Source of the DNA: Trichosphaerium sp. ATCC 40318 | Taxonomy: Eukaryota > Protista > Tubulinea | Length of the DNA: 64,000 nucleotides | Assembly: GCA_038496445.1 (NCBI GenBank) | Contig: JALMLS010000056.1 | Location: forward strand, 186,001 to 250,000 | Direction of reading: 5' to 3' | Part shown: piece after piece, positions 62,291-64,000 of the stretch | How positions within the stretch are numbered: position 1 is the first letter of the stretch | How the letters are laid out: every line of letters starts with the position of its first letter | The notes under the pieces: generated by a model | The model's input: the letters and a program-made list of their open reading frames with translations, nothing else | The model's database searches: none | What the model was told of the DNA's origin: nothing | Translations under genes and position numbers: made by a program

Positions 62291-64000
62291 ATGTTTATGG
62301 TAAACGTAAGGATAGCACAGGTTTAGTCTTTTTGTTCATCTTACCAACGACACGAATATCATTGTTCAATACAAACTCATCAGCTACTGCTATACTTTGT
62401 GGGATCACTATTGGCAATGGGCGGCACTTTATATTCGGTTCTCTCGGTTCGAAGTTGGAACAAGAATTATTGTTTGCATCACACAAGTAATTCCCAGAAA
62501 GGCTGTTTCTATTATTGGGCACGTTGAACACAAAACTTGGACACCAAAACAAGTTGTTTGCCAATTGTCTACAAAAAACTGTTAGGCAACAGTTTTTCGC
62601 ATTACGTACTTATTATTTATTTGCTCCAAGTATTTTGGTAATGCTCCATAAAGCATGTTATTTGATACATGCCTGCCCATATACGTGTTAGCAAATAAAT
62701 AAAGCTACAACAAAGACGCACAGTTTAATCAATGACGCACAATTCGAAGGCAGTTGTCCTTGAATCTTGTTGTTCGTTATTTCCACGGTACGCAGCTGCA
62801 CATTTTCTGTACACAAAGATGACGGAAGTGTACCTTCGAGTTGACATCCATTCAATCGTCTATTCAAAGCAAATCAAAAAACTGGTTTTCTTTTGTGGGT
62901 TTAGATGCATACAAGGTTTCCAACTCTTCGTTTAATGTCTCTGGTATTGTACCGTGTATCATATTATAACTCAAATCACTTCGAAGAAGTTAAATACAGG
63001 TTCCGAATAAGCATAAAGTACTCACATTAACGTACTATTCCATGAAATTATAGTATCCAGAGTATCGTTAAAATTATTGTCAAAAGCAGTTCTAAACATA
63101 AGTATGAGTGAGTAGAGTTTCAAAAAGGTGACAAATGAATAGAGTGTAACATATTGTCACACGTGAACCGAAAAAAACTGTACACTTGGTTAAAAGACCC
63201 TAAAAACGGAGGCAAACTTCCAGTGAACATATTTTCCGCTATATTTCTTGAATGTAAAGGTCAGACACATAGAAATACAGAAAGGAGTTGTACATTTTAT
63301 TTCCTTCTATCTGACCATTAAAATTAGAGAATGACGAGAACTTATTGTTGCCCAGCTGCCTTACAACAATATAAGCCATATCAACACAAAATAGTCGTAC
63401 AAGTCACTAATATTTAACCCAATAAGCCATGAAGGGACATCGCCTGTCAATAGGTTGGACCCCAATGCCCTTATAGAAACGTTGATAACAGCCTTGTTTA
63501 ATAGTCACTTACACTGTTGATAAGGAGGAAGATGTTTCCATAGGTTCTGGAGGAAGTGAAGAAAATTGATTGCGAGTCAAGTATCTAACACAATTAATAT
63601 TAATTCTTGCTCCCAAAGGATATAATTATGTACAGGTAGTCTATAGTCATCATCCATTCCGGAATTGTCCCGTTAAAAGAATTTACTCTTAGGTCTCTAT
63701 AGTTATGAGTAAGTGGAATAATGAAGAAGATTAACAGTACAATTCTGTCATGAATGCACGCCGAAATGTCGTTGGAATTTCACCTGATATCGAAGACTCT
63801 GGCAAACGTCTATAAAAATAGTCAGCTATGGTTGAATAACAATTACATACAAAATAGTTAGATGCGGGAACGTTGAACTATCATACAAGTCAGGAAGGTC
63901 ATTCAAGTCCATTGGAACAGAGGAACCCCTTACAAATAGTACTTAACAAACTAGAAACAATAAAATAAGCGTACAGCTCCTGTACAGTACTGGAAAAATT
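61812..64000 (-). CDS. Extracellular LRR single-pass membrane protein (copy 2, 5' end outside the window)
   Basis: Tandem paralog of 58417-61604 with near-identical stalk/TM exons; LRR exons checked remain in frame. Confidence 0.85.

Noticed and set aside
1-64000. tRNA, rRNA, CRISPR arrays, transposase/RT genes; many short antisense ORFs in the track
   Set aside because: No cloverleaf, rRNA, repeat-spacer or mobile-element enzyme motifs were seen. Most short ORFs are shadows of spliced genes.

Overview
Gene-dense, AT-rich eukaryotic nuclear DNA in the standard genetic code, with many short (mostly ~35-60 nt) spliceosomal introns. Gene content (RasGEF-RGS, LRR surface proteins ending in 'LRYKIFPF', MORN/F-box families) suggests a free-living protist, probably amoeboid; the taxon is inferred. 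Manual splicing gave about 27 genes or gene remnants. Housekeeping genes: GFAT, an ARF GTPase, PSMD9, SmG, PSMD5, MOB1, NSUN5, PRMT5, PAP2, an SDR and an OTU deubiquitinase. The most striking locus is a type-I receptor-like Ser/Thr phosphatase (signal peptide, propeller-like ectodomain, TM, intact PP2C domain; 44555-48365). Also notable: tandem kinase-less LRR surface proteins built roughly one repeat per exon, with exon-number differences and patchy near-identity; a DyP-fold protein lacking its heme/catalytic motifs; a secreted His-brace LPMO-like protein with CBM6; a T4 Rnl1-like RNA ligase; F-box/MORN genes and decayed MORN copies; a frameshifted intronless secreted repeat protein; a PEX26/APEM9-like peroxin; and candidate ncRNAs. 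All calls come from reading the sequence by eye; no database searches were run. Multi-exon CDS coordinates run from start codon to stop codon.
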